Positions 17,901-25,827 are shown, numbered from the stretch's first letter. The stretch: 32,000 nt of DNA from Nostoc sp. PCC 7120 = FACHB-418 (GCF_000009705.1 NC_003272.1:4440001-4472000), one strand, 5' to 3'. Notes: generated by a model from the letters alone, not told the origin. Numbers and translations are program-made.

Positions 17901-18053
17901 CTTGAGCAGTTTAATCACCACAGGTTGCTGATCTGCTTCTCTTACTGCCCGATAAACAACTGTTTTGGAGCCATGATAAATTTCTTCTAATATAAAATAA
18001 CCAGGAATTGCGATCGCCAAATCTACATACGTATTCATCTTGACTGACTCCAT
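11988..18053 (-). CDS. Multidomain sensor: Ser/Thr protein kinase - AAA/STAND ATPase - helical (TPR-like) region - 2x GAF - histidine kinase (HstK-type hybrid)
   Basis: 2021 aa. Kinase motifs are VVIKLL, HKDIKPANILI, DFS and GTLAYLSPEQ. The ATPase has Walker A GFSGIGKTAV and Walker B VIFLDDLQWAD. A long helical region precedes two GAF-like segments. The His-kinase part has the H-box VAGVAHEMNNPLGF, N-box NILANAIDA, G1 DNGIGM and G2 GTGLGLAI. Confidence 0.93.
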   Translation of the reverse strand: MESVKMNTYVDLAIAIPGYFILEEIYHGSKTVVYRAVREADQQPVVIKLLKREYPTFSELLQFRNQYAIAKNLKIPGIVNLYSLEPYRNSYAMVMEDFGGISLRDYAQQQSLSLTEILTITIQLADILHHIYQQRIIHKDIKPANILINPETKQVKLIDFSIASLLPRETQNIISPNILEGTLAYLSPEQTGRMNRGIDYRSDFYSLGVSLFELLTGELPFTTDDPMELVHCHIAKQPDKFTIPFSCQRRYANRFSNGGESTKLPNEETIPQVVGEIVMKLMAKNAEDRYQNALGLKYDLEKCLAELQETGKVEYFTIGSRDVCDRFIIPDKLYGREAEIETLLAAFNRVSLGATELMLVAGFSGIGKTAVINEVHKPIVRQRGYFIQGKFDQFQRNIPFSAFVQAFRNLMGQLLTESDTQIQQWRSKILEAVGKNGQVIIEVIPELELIIGKQPAAPKLSGTSLQNRFNLLFKKFTQVFTSAEHPLVIFLDDLQWADSGSLKLIQLLMNDTGYLLLIGAYRDNEVNPAHPLMLTVNEIGKNNGTIKKIDLAPLNQLKVNTLVAETLKCSEETAQSLALLVFQKTQGNPFFTTQFLKALHQDNLIQFNYDLGCWQCDIAQVNHQALTDDVLAFMASQLKRLPRATQEVLQLAACIGNQFDLETLAIVWESSPMKTAACLWKALQEGLIIPQSEVYKFFVGQEQEIDHAQTTEIVTYKFLHDRVQQAAYCLIPEAERAIAHHHIGQLLLQKISPAAREEHIFEIVNQLNYGITLITQQSERDELAQLNLNAAQKARAATAYQASREYADTSMTLLGETAWQRQYQLTLTIHELAAEIALLCGDVEQMNQLIETVVNHAKCPLDRVQVYQVKIQALTSRNELLEAIATGKSFLQELGVSLPDHPTPEDVQQAREEINRLIGDRLLGEFINLPKMTDPEKLAIMQISSSLIPACYMTGSLLYLLIVPLQVKLSLQFGNSLFSAHGYVSYAFHLSTTWQNMALAQQLGQIAYQLASEPEAKNIRAATFIVLGGYFYHCTSHLQDTLPIIQEGCIAGLETGNLEFFGYNVQNFGMNAYWSGESLSEFASQMCTYHQQLLDFNLVTSANHCFVYWESALILLGKSADEISLRQDAYAEKIVTEALASNDLWRLFQFYLYRLVLNFLLADPRAKQDAEKARQYLTGCMGSVAEPIFYFYDSLTALAELHQSPAGRDSQWQRVRENQAILDKWADHAPMNYLHKWQLVAAETHRLLEQKTEAMEFYEMAIKGAKENKYLRDEALANELAAKFYLDWGKEKVAAVYMQEAYYCYARWEAKAKTNDLEKRYPQLLQPILQERQFKFNFQETIAVPGTSSSTLSSTLGSTSISDTLDFASILKAAQVISTSLELDELITNLTEIILENSGAKKSALLLPQEDIWQIKAMTLSNFQPNSSESTQTILESQPLETCEDIPKNIIYYVKNTQQTVVIDNLQTDIPGLIGEYMLQHQPQSVFCTPMMNQGHLVGILYLENRLTRGVFTSDRLEVIRLLSAQAAVSLEKARLYQESQTKAQQLKQSLKQQKILFNVVNQMRQSLDLNAIFCVVTQNIRRILDVDRVGIYQFHLDVNYEYGEFVAEDVSPAFPSALAVKVQDHCFGENYANLYKQGRICAITDVQSSEILDCHRQILAQFHVRASLVVPIMQEEELWGLLCIHQCDRPRQWEPLEMQFAQQVGAQMGIALKQTDLLIQTQKQATQLEHTLQHLQQTQLQLVQNEKMSALGNLVAGVAHEMNNPLGFIAVSLQHTQPTFADIMEHLKLYQESLPHPGDKILHHAAQIDLDYILEDLPKLIEAMVMACDRLKNISTSLRTFSRADKDYKIPFNIHKGIDSTILILKHRLKANDKRPAIEVITEYGNLPHIECFPGQLNQVFMNILANAIDALEDANNGLSYAEITANNNRIIIRTTQVNNHVRISITDNGIGMSEELKQHIFEHLFTTKGVEKGTGLGLAIARQIVVEKHGGAIEVNSQLGQGTEFVIIFPITAESANKY

Positions 18054-18072
18054 GCGGATATCAATTTTTCTT

Positions 18073-18090
18073 CGGACTTACGTGTGAAAA
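18073..18090 (+). repeat. Solo copy of the MITE terminal repeat
   Basis: GGACTTACGTGTGAAAAC matches the left end of the full MITE (GGACTTACGCATGAAAAC) located 30 nt downstream. Confidence 0.6.
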
Positions 18091-18120
18091 CTAATAATTA
18101 GCCTTTGGACAAAGGAGGTA

Positions 18121-18229
18121 GGACTTACGCATGAAAACGAAAAATCCAGGGTTTAGGGAAGGGTATAGGGGTGTCAATGTTTAAAACCCTTACACCCAGT
18201 CTCAACAGGCAACTTGGATGCGTCAGTCC
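18121..18229 (+). mobile_element. MITE copy A (109 bp, TA-flanked)
   Basis: Terminal inverted repeats GGACTTACGCAT ... ATGCGTCAGTCC. The internal palindromic core is GGGTGT..AAACCCTTACACCC. TA dinucleotides flank both ends (18119-18120 and 18230-18231). It is homologous to copies B and C. Confidence 0.85.
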
Positions 18230-18603
18230 TAGTAGGATTACAAAGTTATAGAGTAGTCAACATTTCCCCCTGCCCCCTGCCTCTTCCAGTCAGCCCTCGG
18301 CTTGGCAAATTTGTAACCACCTTCACAATGCTCCCAAGCGAAGACTTTTATGGCATAAGCCCTTGTCTATGAGTCAGTATGCCCATATTTATGTACAGTT
18401 ATCCAGCTTCACATATCACCATTTTTTCTCGGCGGAGCTTATTTATATAGCTAAAGATAGATGATAAATTTTTTATTCTATGAGATGTGATGGCTGATTT
18501 CAATGACGCTTATTTATGCCAAAGATTAAAAAAAAGTATCCATAGACAGTTTTTCCAGAATTTCTAGTATGTTTTTTGATAAACACTAAAATAAGAAGAA
18601 ATT

Positions 18604-19458
18604 ATGAATTTCCCACAAATTGGACAGGTTGCTCTTGCACTGTTAACTCAATTTGGGCTGAAAGTTTTAGGGGCGATCGCACTATGGATTGTTGCTCAAA
18701 AGCTGATTGAGTTTGCCCTCAAGTTAGTGCGTCGTGGTTTACGCACCCAGAATATTGAGCCGACGCTCATTAGCTACCTACTGAATATTGTTTCTGTCAC
18801 ATTGAGAATTGTGCTGATTGTGGCAATTCTCGGTTTCTTTGGCATTGAAACTACGTCCTTTGCCGCATTGCTAGCAGCCGCAGGTGTGGCTATTGGTGCA
18901 GCTTGGGGTGGATTATTGGCGAACTTCGCCGCAGGTGCGTTTTTAATTATTTTTCGTCCGTTTAAGGTTGGTGACTTTATTACAGCCGCAGGGATAACCG
19001 GTACAGTCTCAGAAATCGGCCTGTTCACTACAGATATCACTACTCCTGACAATGTGTTGACAATAGTCGCCAATAACAAAATATTCGCTGATAATATCCA
19101 GAATTTCTCAGCTAATCCCTTCCGTCGCGTTGACTTGCTAGCGCAACTTCATCATGATGTTGATCATAATCAAGCGATCGCTCTTTTAAAGGCCAGAATT
19201 AGCCAGATTCCCAATGTGATAGAAAATCCTGCACCAGATGTAGAAATTCTTACCTTTAATCTAGCAGGCCCTGTATTAGCAGTACGTCCCTATTGCAATA
19301 ATGATCATTACTGGCAAGTTTATTTTGATACAAATAAAGCCATACGCGAAACATTTGGTGAAGCAGGTTATCCCATCCCTGAACAGCGCTATGGTTTTAG
19401 TGTCCCACCCGAAAATGGTACTAGTTCCGTCATTCCCTCATCGGCATTATCTTCTTAA
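18604..19458 (+). CDS. Small-conductance mechanosensitive channel (MscS family), paralog 1
   Basis: 284 aa with three N-terminal TM helices. The pore-helix and beta-domain signature is LLAAAGVAIGAAWGGLLANFAAGAFLIIFRPFKVGDFI...GTVSEIGLFTT..TPDN....ANNKIF..NIQNFS. Confidence 0.9.
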   Translation: MNFPQIGQVALALLTQFGLKVLGAIALWIVAQKLIEFALKLVRRGLRTQNIEPTLISYLLNIVSVTLRIVLIVAILGFFGIETTSFAALLAAAGVAIGAAWGGLLANFAAGAFLIIFRPFKVGDFITAAGITGTVSEIGLFTTDITTPDNVLTIVANNKIFADNIQNFSANPFRRVDLLAQLHHDVDHNQAIALLKARISQIPNVIENPAPDVEILTFNLAGPVLAVRPYCNNDHYWQVYFDTNKAIRETFGEAGYPIPEQRYGFSVPPENGTSSVIPSSALSS

Positions 19459-19487
19459 TATGGTAATTACTGAGTTGTAATTACTTA

Positions 19488-19620
19488 GGACTTACGGATA
19501 AAAACGAAAAATCAAGGGTTTGGAGAAGGGTGTAGGGATGTCGATGTTTAAAACCCTTACACCCCTATACCCTTACCCCCTTATACCCAGTCTCAACAGA
19601 AAACCTGGGTACGTAAGTCC
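19488..19620 (+). mobile_element. MITE copy B (133 bp, TA-flanked)
   Basis: Same family and orientation as copy A: GGACTTACGGATAAAAACGAAAAATCAAGGG ... GGGTACGTAAGTCC. It carries an internal duplication of about 24 nt (ccctataccc ttaccccc ttataccc). TA flanks are at 19486-19487 and 19621-19622. Confidence 0.85.
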
Positions 19621-19878
19621 TATTACTGTATTTTTCTTCAAGCAGAATAAGAATTAACCACAAGGTAGGTCATTCTCTGACTTACCTTTTTTGTGTTTAT
19701 ATTTCTTTCTTATTAACATTTTTTTAGGGTAAAAAATAAAACCTAACTTAGGAAAGAGGTTAAGCCATGAACTAATTCTCACTATTATGGCAAGCTGCAA
19801 AAATTAAATCAATTTCCGTCAGCACCTAGCGGTAGATTACTGTTCTTTTCAAAAAGCATAAAAAATAGAGAAATTCTT

Positions 19879-20739
19879 ATGAATGTAGCTGAGATTAGTC
19901 AAGTTGCTCTAGCTCTTTTAACACAGTTTGGACTGAGAGTTTTAGGAGCGATCGCTCTTTGGATTATTGCTCAATTGTTGATTAATTTTGGCTTAAAGTT
20001 ACTGCGCCGTGCTTTTCGTAGTAAACACGTCGAACCTACGCTGATTAACTATATTGTAAATATAGTAGATGTAATCCTCAAAATTGTTTTAATTGTTGCA
20101 ATTCTCGGCTTTTTTGGCATAGAAACTACTTCCTTTGCAGCATTACTAGCGGCGGCTGGTATAGCTATCGGTGCGGCTTGGAGTGGGCTTTTGGCAAACT
20201 TCGCGGCTGGCGCATTTTTAGTTATCTTTCGCCCATTTGCGGTTGGCGACACCATCAAAGCAGCAGGTGTTACCGGGAAAGTAGAAGAAATCGGACTGTT
20301 CACAACCACCATCAATACATCTGATAACGTCAAGACTATTATTGGTAATAATAAAATATTTGCTGATAATATCCAGAATTTTTCTGCCAACCCTTACCGC
20401 CGTGTTGACCTAGAAGCGCAACTGCATCATGAAGTTGATCATCAAGATGCAATTAGGAGATTAAAACAGAGAATTAGCCAAATACCTCATGTGTTAAATA
20501 ATCCTGCACCAGATGTAGAAATTTTGGAATTTAACTTATTAGGAACAGTATTAGCAGTACGTCCTTATTGTCATCATGAGCATTACTGGCAAGTGTATTT
20601 TGACACGAATAAAGCCATACGCGAAACTTTTGGTGAAGCCGGTTATCCAATTCCCGAACAACGTTATGCCTTTACTGGACAATCACCCGATGGAACATCA
20701 GCTAATGTTGTACAACGGACATCTTTAGGAAGAGGCTAG
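19879..20739 (+). CDS. Small-conductance mechanosensitive channel (MscS family), paralog 2
   Basis: 286 aa, collinear with paralog 1 over the full length and clearly homologous throughout. One long near-identical stretch is YWQVYFDTNKAIRETFGEAGYPIPEQRY. Confidence 0.9.
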   Translation: MNVAEISQVALALLTQFGLRVLGAIALWIIAQLLINFGLKLLRRAFRSKHVEPTLINYIVNIVDVILKIVLIVAILGFFGIETTSFAALLAAAGIAIGAAWSGLLANFAAGAFLVIFRPFAVGDTIKAAGVTGKVEEIGLFTTTINTSDNVKTIIGNNKIFADNIQNFSANPYRRVDLEAQLHHEVDHQDAIRRLKQRISQIPHVLNNPAPDVEILEFNLLGTVLAVRPYCHHEHYWQVYFDTNKAIRETFGEAGYPIPEQRYAFTGQSPDGTSANVVQRTSLGRG

Positions 20740-20757
20740 AACTTAGATATGCAATTA

Positions 20758-20866
20758 GGACTTACGCACACAGGTTATCTGTTGAGATCGGGTGTAAGGG
20801 TTTCAAACATTTATACCCCTACAACCTTTTCCAAAACCTTGATCTTTCGTTTTCATGTGTAAGTCC
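20758..20866 (-). mobile_element. MITE copy C (109 bp, TA-flanked, inverted relative to A and B)
   Basis: Its reverse complement aligns with copy A end to end: GGACTTACACATGAAAACGAAAGATCAAGG ... GTGCGTAAGTCC. TA flanks are at 20756-20757 and 20867-20868. Confidence 0.85.
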
Positions 20867-20962
20867 TAGAAATAATAAAGACCAAAAATGTTGAAGGATG
20901 ATACAAAACTTTACATGGTTAGTTACACTAACTCTATTAAGCCCAAAATATTCAAAATAACA

Positions 20963-21238
20963 TCATCTCTTCAAACCAACGAACATAACTGATTTTCTGA
21001 CCAAACCTGCACACAACAAAATAATTAATAGCGGCTGGTTAAATTGCAACAGAAACTTCAACCACCAAGGGTTACCTGTCTTTCCAGTCAGTTCATTCGC
21101 ACCGCCACTAGTTAATAGGTGTTGTGCTTGGGTGCTACTTAAACCTATCTCTGCATCAGTTTGCAAACAGGCGATCGCTTCGGATATCTCTAAGGAACGC
21201 CAAACAGTGGGGTGTGACAGAAGTGAAGAGCGATCGCG
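20963..21238 (-). pseudogene. N-terminal remnant of a cation-transporting P-type ATPase
   Basis: The minus-strand frame reads ...VWRSLEISEAIACLQTDAEIGLSSTQAQHLLTSGGANELTGKTGNPWWLKFLLQFNQPLLIILLCAGLV, then stops. This matches the Cation_ATPase_N domain plus TM1 only. There is no ATG start: the frame opens directly after a TAG at 21239-21241. The remaining roughly 800 aa of an ATPase are absent. Confidence 0.7.
21230..21237. repeat. HIP1 octamer (GCGATCGC), one example of many
   Basis: Exact GCGATCGC. Other copies read directly include 1084-1091, 8546-8553, 8798-8805 and 8890-8897, with many more inside coding regions. This one sits exactly where the ATPase remnant and the start-less plus-strand ORF abut. 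Confidence 0.9.
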
Positions 21239-21280
21239 CTAGATATTGACTGCATCCGCGCCACAGATGGAGAGCGATTT

Positions 21281-21631
21281 TTGCAGTTACTCACAGAAGC
21301 AATTAACCAAAATTGGCAAGCAGAAAAAATCCAAAGTTGGGTAGAGAAAAATACCAAGGAATTTTTTACATTTCATCCAGAAACTAAACTTAAGCTTTTA
21401 CGTTCCCTCAACCAAAAACAAATTTGGCAAGCGTTTGAACTATTGTTAGAATTGCCCCAATTTATGGCGGTAGATTTAGACAAACGTTTAGTCTTAATTT
21501 TGCAAAGTTTCCCCCACCTTCGCTCTTGGGAGCGTAACGGTTTATGGGAAGTATCATTCCGGCGAAGAATTAAAGAACATACTCATGTAAGTATGGTTGC
21601 GCCAGAGATTGAGTTAGTGATTCCCGGATGA
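21281..21631 (+). CDS. Hypothetical protein (possibly a gene fragment)
   Basis: 116-aa ORF with only a TTG start. The frame is open from 21227 with no ATG. I recognise no motif. It overlaps, tail to tail, the region next to the epimerase gene. Confidence 0.3.
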   Translation: MQLLTEAINQNWQAEKIQSWVEKNTKEFFTFHPETKLKLLRSLNQKQIWQAFELLLELPQFMAVDLDKRLVLILQSFPHLRSWERNGLWEVSFRRRIKEHTHVSMVAPEIELVIPG

Positions 21632-21640
21632 AGCAGACTG

Positions 21641-22807
21641 TTAACTCAAGGCCTCGAATTGTTGCCAACACAGATACAAAGCACGGGGTACATGAAAACA
21701 TCCCTTCCATTTACCGCCTTTGAGATTTAACAGCACTTCCCCACGGCGATTTAAGTAGCCAAACCACTCACCATATTCTGGGTCAGCAAAATGCTGCCAA
21801 GAATAATCGTGCATTTTTTGATACCATTCCCAACAGACTTCACGACCTGTCAAACGATAACCCATCGCCAAAGCCACCAAAGATTCTAAATGCACCCACC
21901 ACAATTTTTGATCCCATTCCAATTGTTGTGGGGGATGACCTGCTGCATCCATAAAGTAATACAAGCCGCCATACTCTTTATCCCAGGCGAAATTGAGGAT
22001 ATTTAACACCACATCAACTGCTTGGTTAATAGTCTTGCTGTCGTTTTTCCGTCGGGCGATGTCCATAATAAACCACATCGCCTCAATACCGTGACCAGGG
22101 TTAATCAGCCGCCCTTCAAAACAATCAATGTGGGAACCATCGGGGGCAACATTTTCATACATCAATCCTCGTTCTTTGTCGAGAAAGTCACTCATAACTT
22201 CCTGAACGGTTGCACTCAAGACATTTTCTAGAGTCTCCTGGGGAAGCAACCATTCCATTTCTAAGGTCAGGTTAGCTAAAATCATTGGCACAGCTAAGGC
22301 TTTCATGGGGCGTGTGCCGGGATAGGTTTTGGTATATTTGCCTTTGGGATTATCTTTGCGACGCAAAACATTGTTATATGCTTGCATAGCCACATCTTTT
22401 GCCCACTCTTCACCAGAGGCGAGAGCATATTGGCTAAAGGCCATCGCTGCAAAACAATCAGAAAAAATATTGTAAGGCTGTACTAATGGTTCACCTCCAC
22501 GGGTGAGGGCAAAATACCAGTTTCCCTCTGCGTCTCTGCCATGTTGGGCAAGAAATTTAGCACCGTTACTAGCAATTTTGAGCCAGTTTTCCCGTTTTTC
22601 TAGCTGGTTACACAGCATGGAAAAAGTCCAGACTTGGCGGTTTTGCAGCCAAATAAATTTATCTGTGTCATACACCTTACCCTGGCGATCAAGACAGGTA
22701 AAATAACCGCCTTCCGTATCCAGGGAGTGGTTTTCCCAAAACGGGAGTACGTCGTTGAGGAGGGCATTTTTGTAAAGTTGCGCCAGTGCTTGTAAGTTTT
22801 TCCCCAT
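21641..22807 (-). CDS. N-acylglucosamine 2-epimerase (AGE / renin-binding-protein family)
   Basis: 388 aa. The start is [62 protein letters not shown], and the repeated W-rich helix pairs of an (alpha/alpha)6 barrel follow. This strongly resembles cyanobacterial GlcNAc 2-epimerases. Confidence 0.88.
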   Translation of the reverse strand: MGKNLQALAQLYKNALLNDVLPFWENHSLDTEGGYFTCLDRQGKVYDTDKFIWLQNRQVWTFSMLCNQLEKRENWLKIASNGAKFLAQHGRDAEGNWYFALTRGGEPLVQPYNIFSDCFAAMAFSQYALASGEEWAKDVAMQAYNNVLRRKDNPKGKYTKTYPGTRPMKALAVPMILANLTLEMEWLLPQETLENVLSATVQEVMSDFLDKERGLMYENVAPDGSHIDCFEGRLINPGHGIEAMWFIMDIARRKNDSKTINQAVDVVLNILNFAWDKEYGGLYYFMDAAGHPPQQLEWDQKLWWVHLESLVALAMGYRLTGREVCWEWYQKMHDYSWQHFADPEYGEWFGYLNRRGEVLLNLKGGKWKGCFHVPRALYLCWQQFEALS

Positions 22808-22933
22808 AGTGCAATCCCCTGTTCAAAAACATCAGGGTCAATTATCGCCTTGTTGTGGATTGACTACAAGTATTCTGTTTGTTGGTAGCCAAAAGTTTTA
22901 GCTCCCCCTAAATCATCCTTATTTAAGAAGAAC

Positions 22934-24914
22934 TTAATGCGTAGATGCAGTAATCATTTCACGCTTACGGATGGTGTCCTTGGGAACCACAATTCGCCAA
23001 CGGAGAATACGATTATCTTTACTCCAGTTGTCAAAACAAGCGATCTCGGAACCTGGAGCTTGAGGATCTTCAGCAAAGGGTGGATTTTTTGCTGTAAAGC
23101 CGGACAAATACATGGTGTCACTTTCAGGAAAGTATTTGATTCGCCGTAAATCGGTAAAGATGAGGGGAGTTTTTTCCTGTTGTATGGAATTGTAAGTGTA
23201 GATGGGATTACCATTGGTATCTAGTCCTTGCAAAGGATAATGGCGTATACCTCTTCGATCGCCCAGAGTTGTCCACACATCGCCTTTACTATCCACCCAC
23301 CATCCTGTAACAGAGGAAGAATCTTCACTACGATCATATTCTTCTTTGTCGAAAGCGCCGTCACCGTTGCGATCGCGCCAAATCCATTTTCCTGTTTCTG
23401 GTTGCTCAGGTGGCCAAGTTCCTGAGATTGCTGATTTACCTCTGATATTTTTACCAACAAACATTCCTGCTGGAATAGCTATGTTGCCATCTTTGCTAGG
23501 ATTAAATCGATAAATCTCTAAGGCGTTGCTGTACGGATCTAAAAGAAACAAAAATCTTTCATCGTTAATCCGACGTACAAAGGTAGTATCGGGCGATATA
23601 TGCAGTCGTGAATCTTGAGGATATTTGAAGCCGTTTAAGGTGTAAGCTTTATAAATCAATTGCTGACCCTTAGGCTTGCTACTATCTATCAAAAATTGTT
23701 CATACTTGGTAAAAACTTCTCTTCCATCCGTTTTAGGGTCAGCGTCAGCATTTTCGACTAAGGATAATCCTAATAATCGCCATAGTTGTTTTCCTGATGG
23801 CGAAAATTTTCTTAAATCTGTGCCGGAATTATTGAACCCATTGTTATTGATATACAGATTCCCCTGAGCATCTGCGCCGACTCCTGTTAGTCCATAAAAC
23901 TTTAAATCTTGGACTTCACCAGGAACGCCTCCATAAATCCCCCCTGTGTGGCCAAAAGTGCCAACTTGGACTGGTTGATCCTGAATTTTATAAATCAAGA
24001 CTTGCTGGAGTGTCCCATTTTCTGCTACTAACAGTCTGCCTTGATTATCGAGTGCGATCGCTCCAGGTAACACAACATTAGTTATTTTTTTGCGGTAATT
24101 GTTTCCCTGATGAAGAATAACGCAAAATTTTAGCAGGGTTATTTGCATCTTGCTTTTGAATAATCCACAAATTCCCTTGTTTATCAATAGTTATATCCTC
24201 TGGTCTAAGAAAACTAAAGTTGCGTAATTCTTTCATTGTCTCAGTGTTATAGACGCGGATTTTATTATTCGCTGCATCACTGACATATAAATTCTTATCT
24301 TTCGTTGCTAATCCAGTCACTTCACTCTTGGTGTTGACGATTAACATACTCTTATCCCAGCCACGTCCATTTGCAAAGGGCGCTGGTTTACCAGATAAGT
24401 TATAACGTCTCACACAATACCAAGTTGTCCCTTCTGGTGGATAATCTTTGTCTATTTTGCCGACAAATCCTTGGCTCATAGCAATGTAAATATATTTACT
24501 ATTTGCTGTGACAGCTTTACCACCGCGACGACTCCAACCATCAAGATCACTGAGAACACCAATCACATTACCATCTTTATATATTGATGCTTCGGCTCCT
24601 GCTTTATCCTCATGACTATTTGTATAAACTGTGCCATTAGGCGCAACATATATTCCCTCAATATAGTTTTGTATAGATTTCTGACTATCGGCAAAAATAT
24701 CGCCCATCAAATCTTTTTTATCAGAATTTTCCGCAACTTCACTCAATGTTAAATCTGCGGTAATAATAGTGATAGCCAGAAATGAAATTATAGCAATAAT
24801 TAAAAATATCCATGATTTTAGAAGTCTATAACTTAAATATTTAAATATTTTATTAGATTGTTTTTTTGCCCTAGACTGTAACCTTTTGAATTCATCTAAT
24901 ATTTCGTGTTTCAT
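22934..24914 (-). pseudogene. Membrane-anchored beta-propeller (NHL-like repeat) protein, split by a +1 frameshift in an A7 run
   Basis: Two overlapping minus-strand ORFs, 24078..24914 (278 aa, N-terminal TM anchor) and 22934..24187 (417 aa). Both carry the same repeat type: ITIDKQGNLWII...ILRYSSSGKQL, then IALDNQGRLLVAENG and GADAQGNLYINN...LRKFSPSGKQLW. The frames join at CCGCAAAAAAATAAC (T7 on the plus strand, 24085-24091). Removing one A gives a continuous ...SSSGKQLPQKITNVVLPGAIALDNQG.... A DRNGDGAFDKEEYD calcium-binding-like loop is also present. Confidence 0.7.
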
Positions 24915-25827
24915 TACATTAACAAGTTATCTAATGGCTAATTCAGTCATTGAAAAATAATTTTTAGCGGTTATTTTTAATCTTACTCAGCGATATTAAA
25001 TTAACAGGATAAATTCCACCTGTGAGCCTTATATATTTTTAATTACCCTACTATTTTTATATAGTTTGAAATATAATTGTTTGGGCAAAAATACTCATAA
25101 AAAAACATCTCTCTCATCGGAAAGGATGTTTTCCCTAGAGGATGAAAATTGAAGAAAATCACATTTAGGATGTAGGAAGCCCTAGTATTATCTTTAATTA
25201 CGTAAGTGATATTACATAAATAACAAATTAATAGACTTAAAGAATTAGTATTTATCGAATATTCATCAAAAAAATATAACTTTCTATTTTTTTAAATCAT
25301 TTATAAAAATACGAATTTAGTATATTGGCATACTCTTTTTTAAAACTAATCAACCTATCTCTATATATATTTTCTCACCAGCAAGATTTATAACCTGTGT
25401 GATTACAGACAGATTTGTCAAACTCCAAATAATTTCGTCCTCAACTTCGTGAGTTACAAAGAATACCTTAGCTACAGAAACACTCTATATCATGAGAGAA
25501 ATGCCTTTATAAAATCTTAAATTATACTCATCATATTTATTTAAAGATTTGGTAAATAAAGAAGCTCAATCATAGGTAAATTTAAATAAAATCTATATCG
25601 AGTCAGATGCAATATTTACTGATAACTCCGAAAATCAGAGAAGATAAACAATAAGTAGTATGTCATTAACTGTATAGAGTAAAAAACATGAATAAAATCT
25701 CGCCTGTTTGTTTATATCCTCCTGTATTTTCCTGATAGTCTTGACAATCTTGCTAAATATATAAACGGAGTGATACTTCATATCGAAGCCAATATCCTCA
25801 AGCTCCATACAGTACTAGGAGATAAGA

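Noticed and set aside
12000-18000. Numerous 60-90 aa ORFs on both strands inside the 6-kb kinase gene, for example 13705..13932, 14270..14536, 16936..17184 and 17219..17461.
   Set aside because: All are nested in a continuous, motif-rich 2021-aa frame. They have no independent signals and off-frame compositions.
18774-20390. Antisense ORFs of 101 aa (18774..19079) and 113 aa (20049..20390) inside both mscS genes, similar to each other.
   Set aside because: Their similarity follows automatically from the mscS duplication. Both lie opposite the Gly/Ala-rich pore-helix region, whose codons lack reverse-strand stops.
24078-24187. Programmed ribosomal frameshifting at the A7 tract joining the two propeller ORFs.
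   Set aside because: The required shift is +1, not the -1 promoted by A-AAA-AAA-type slippery heptamers. I also see no downstream stimulatory structure. Mutation, phase variation or sequencing error are simpler explanations.
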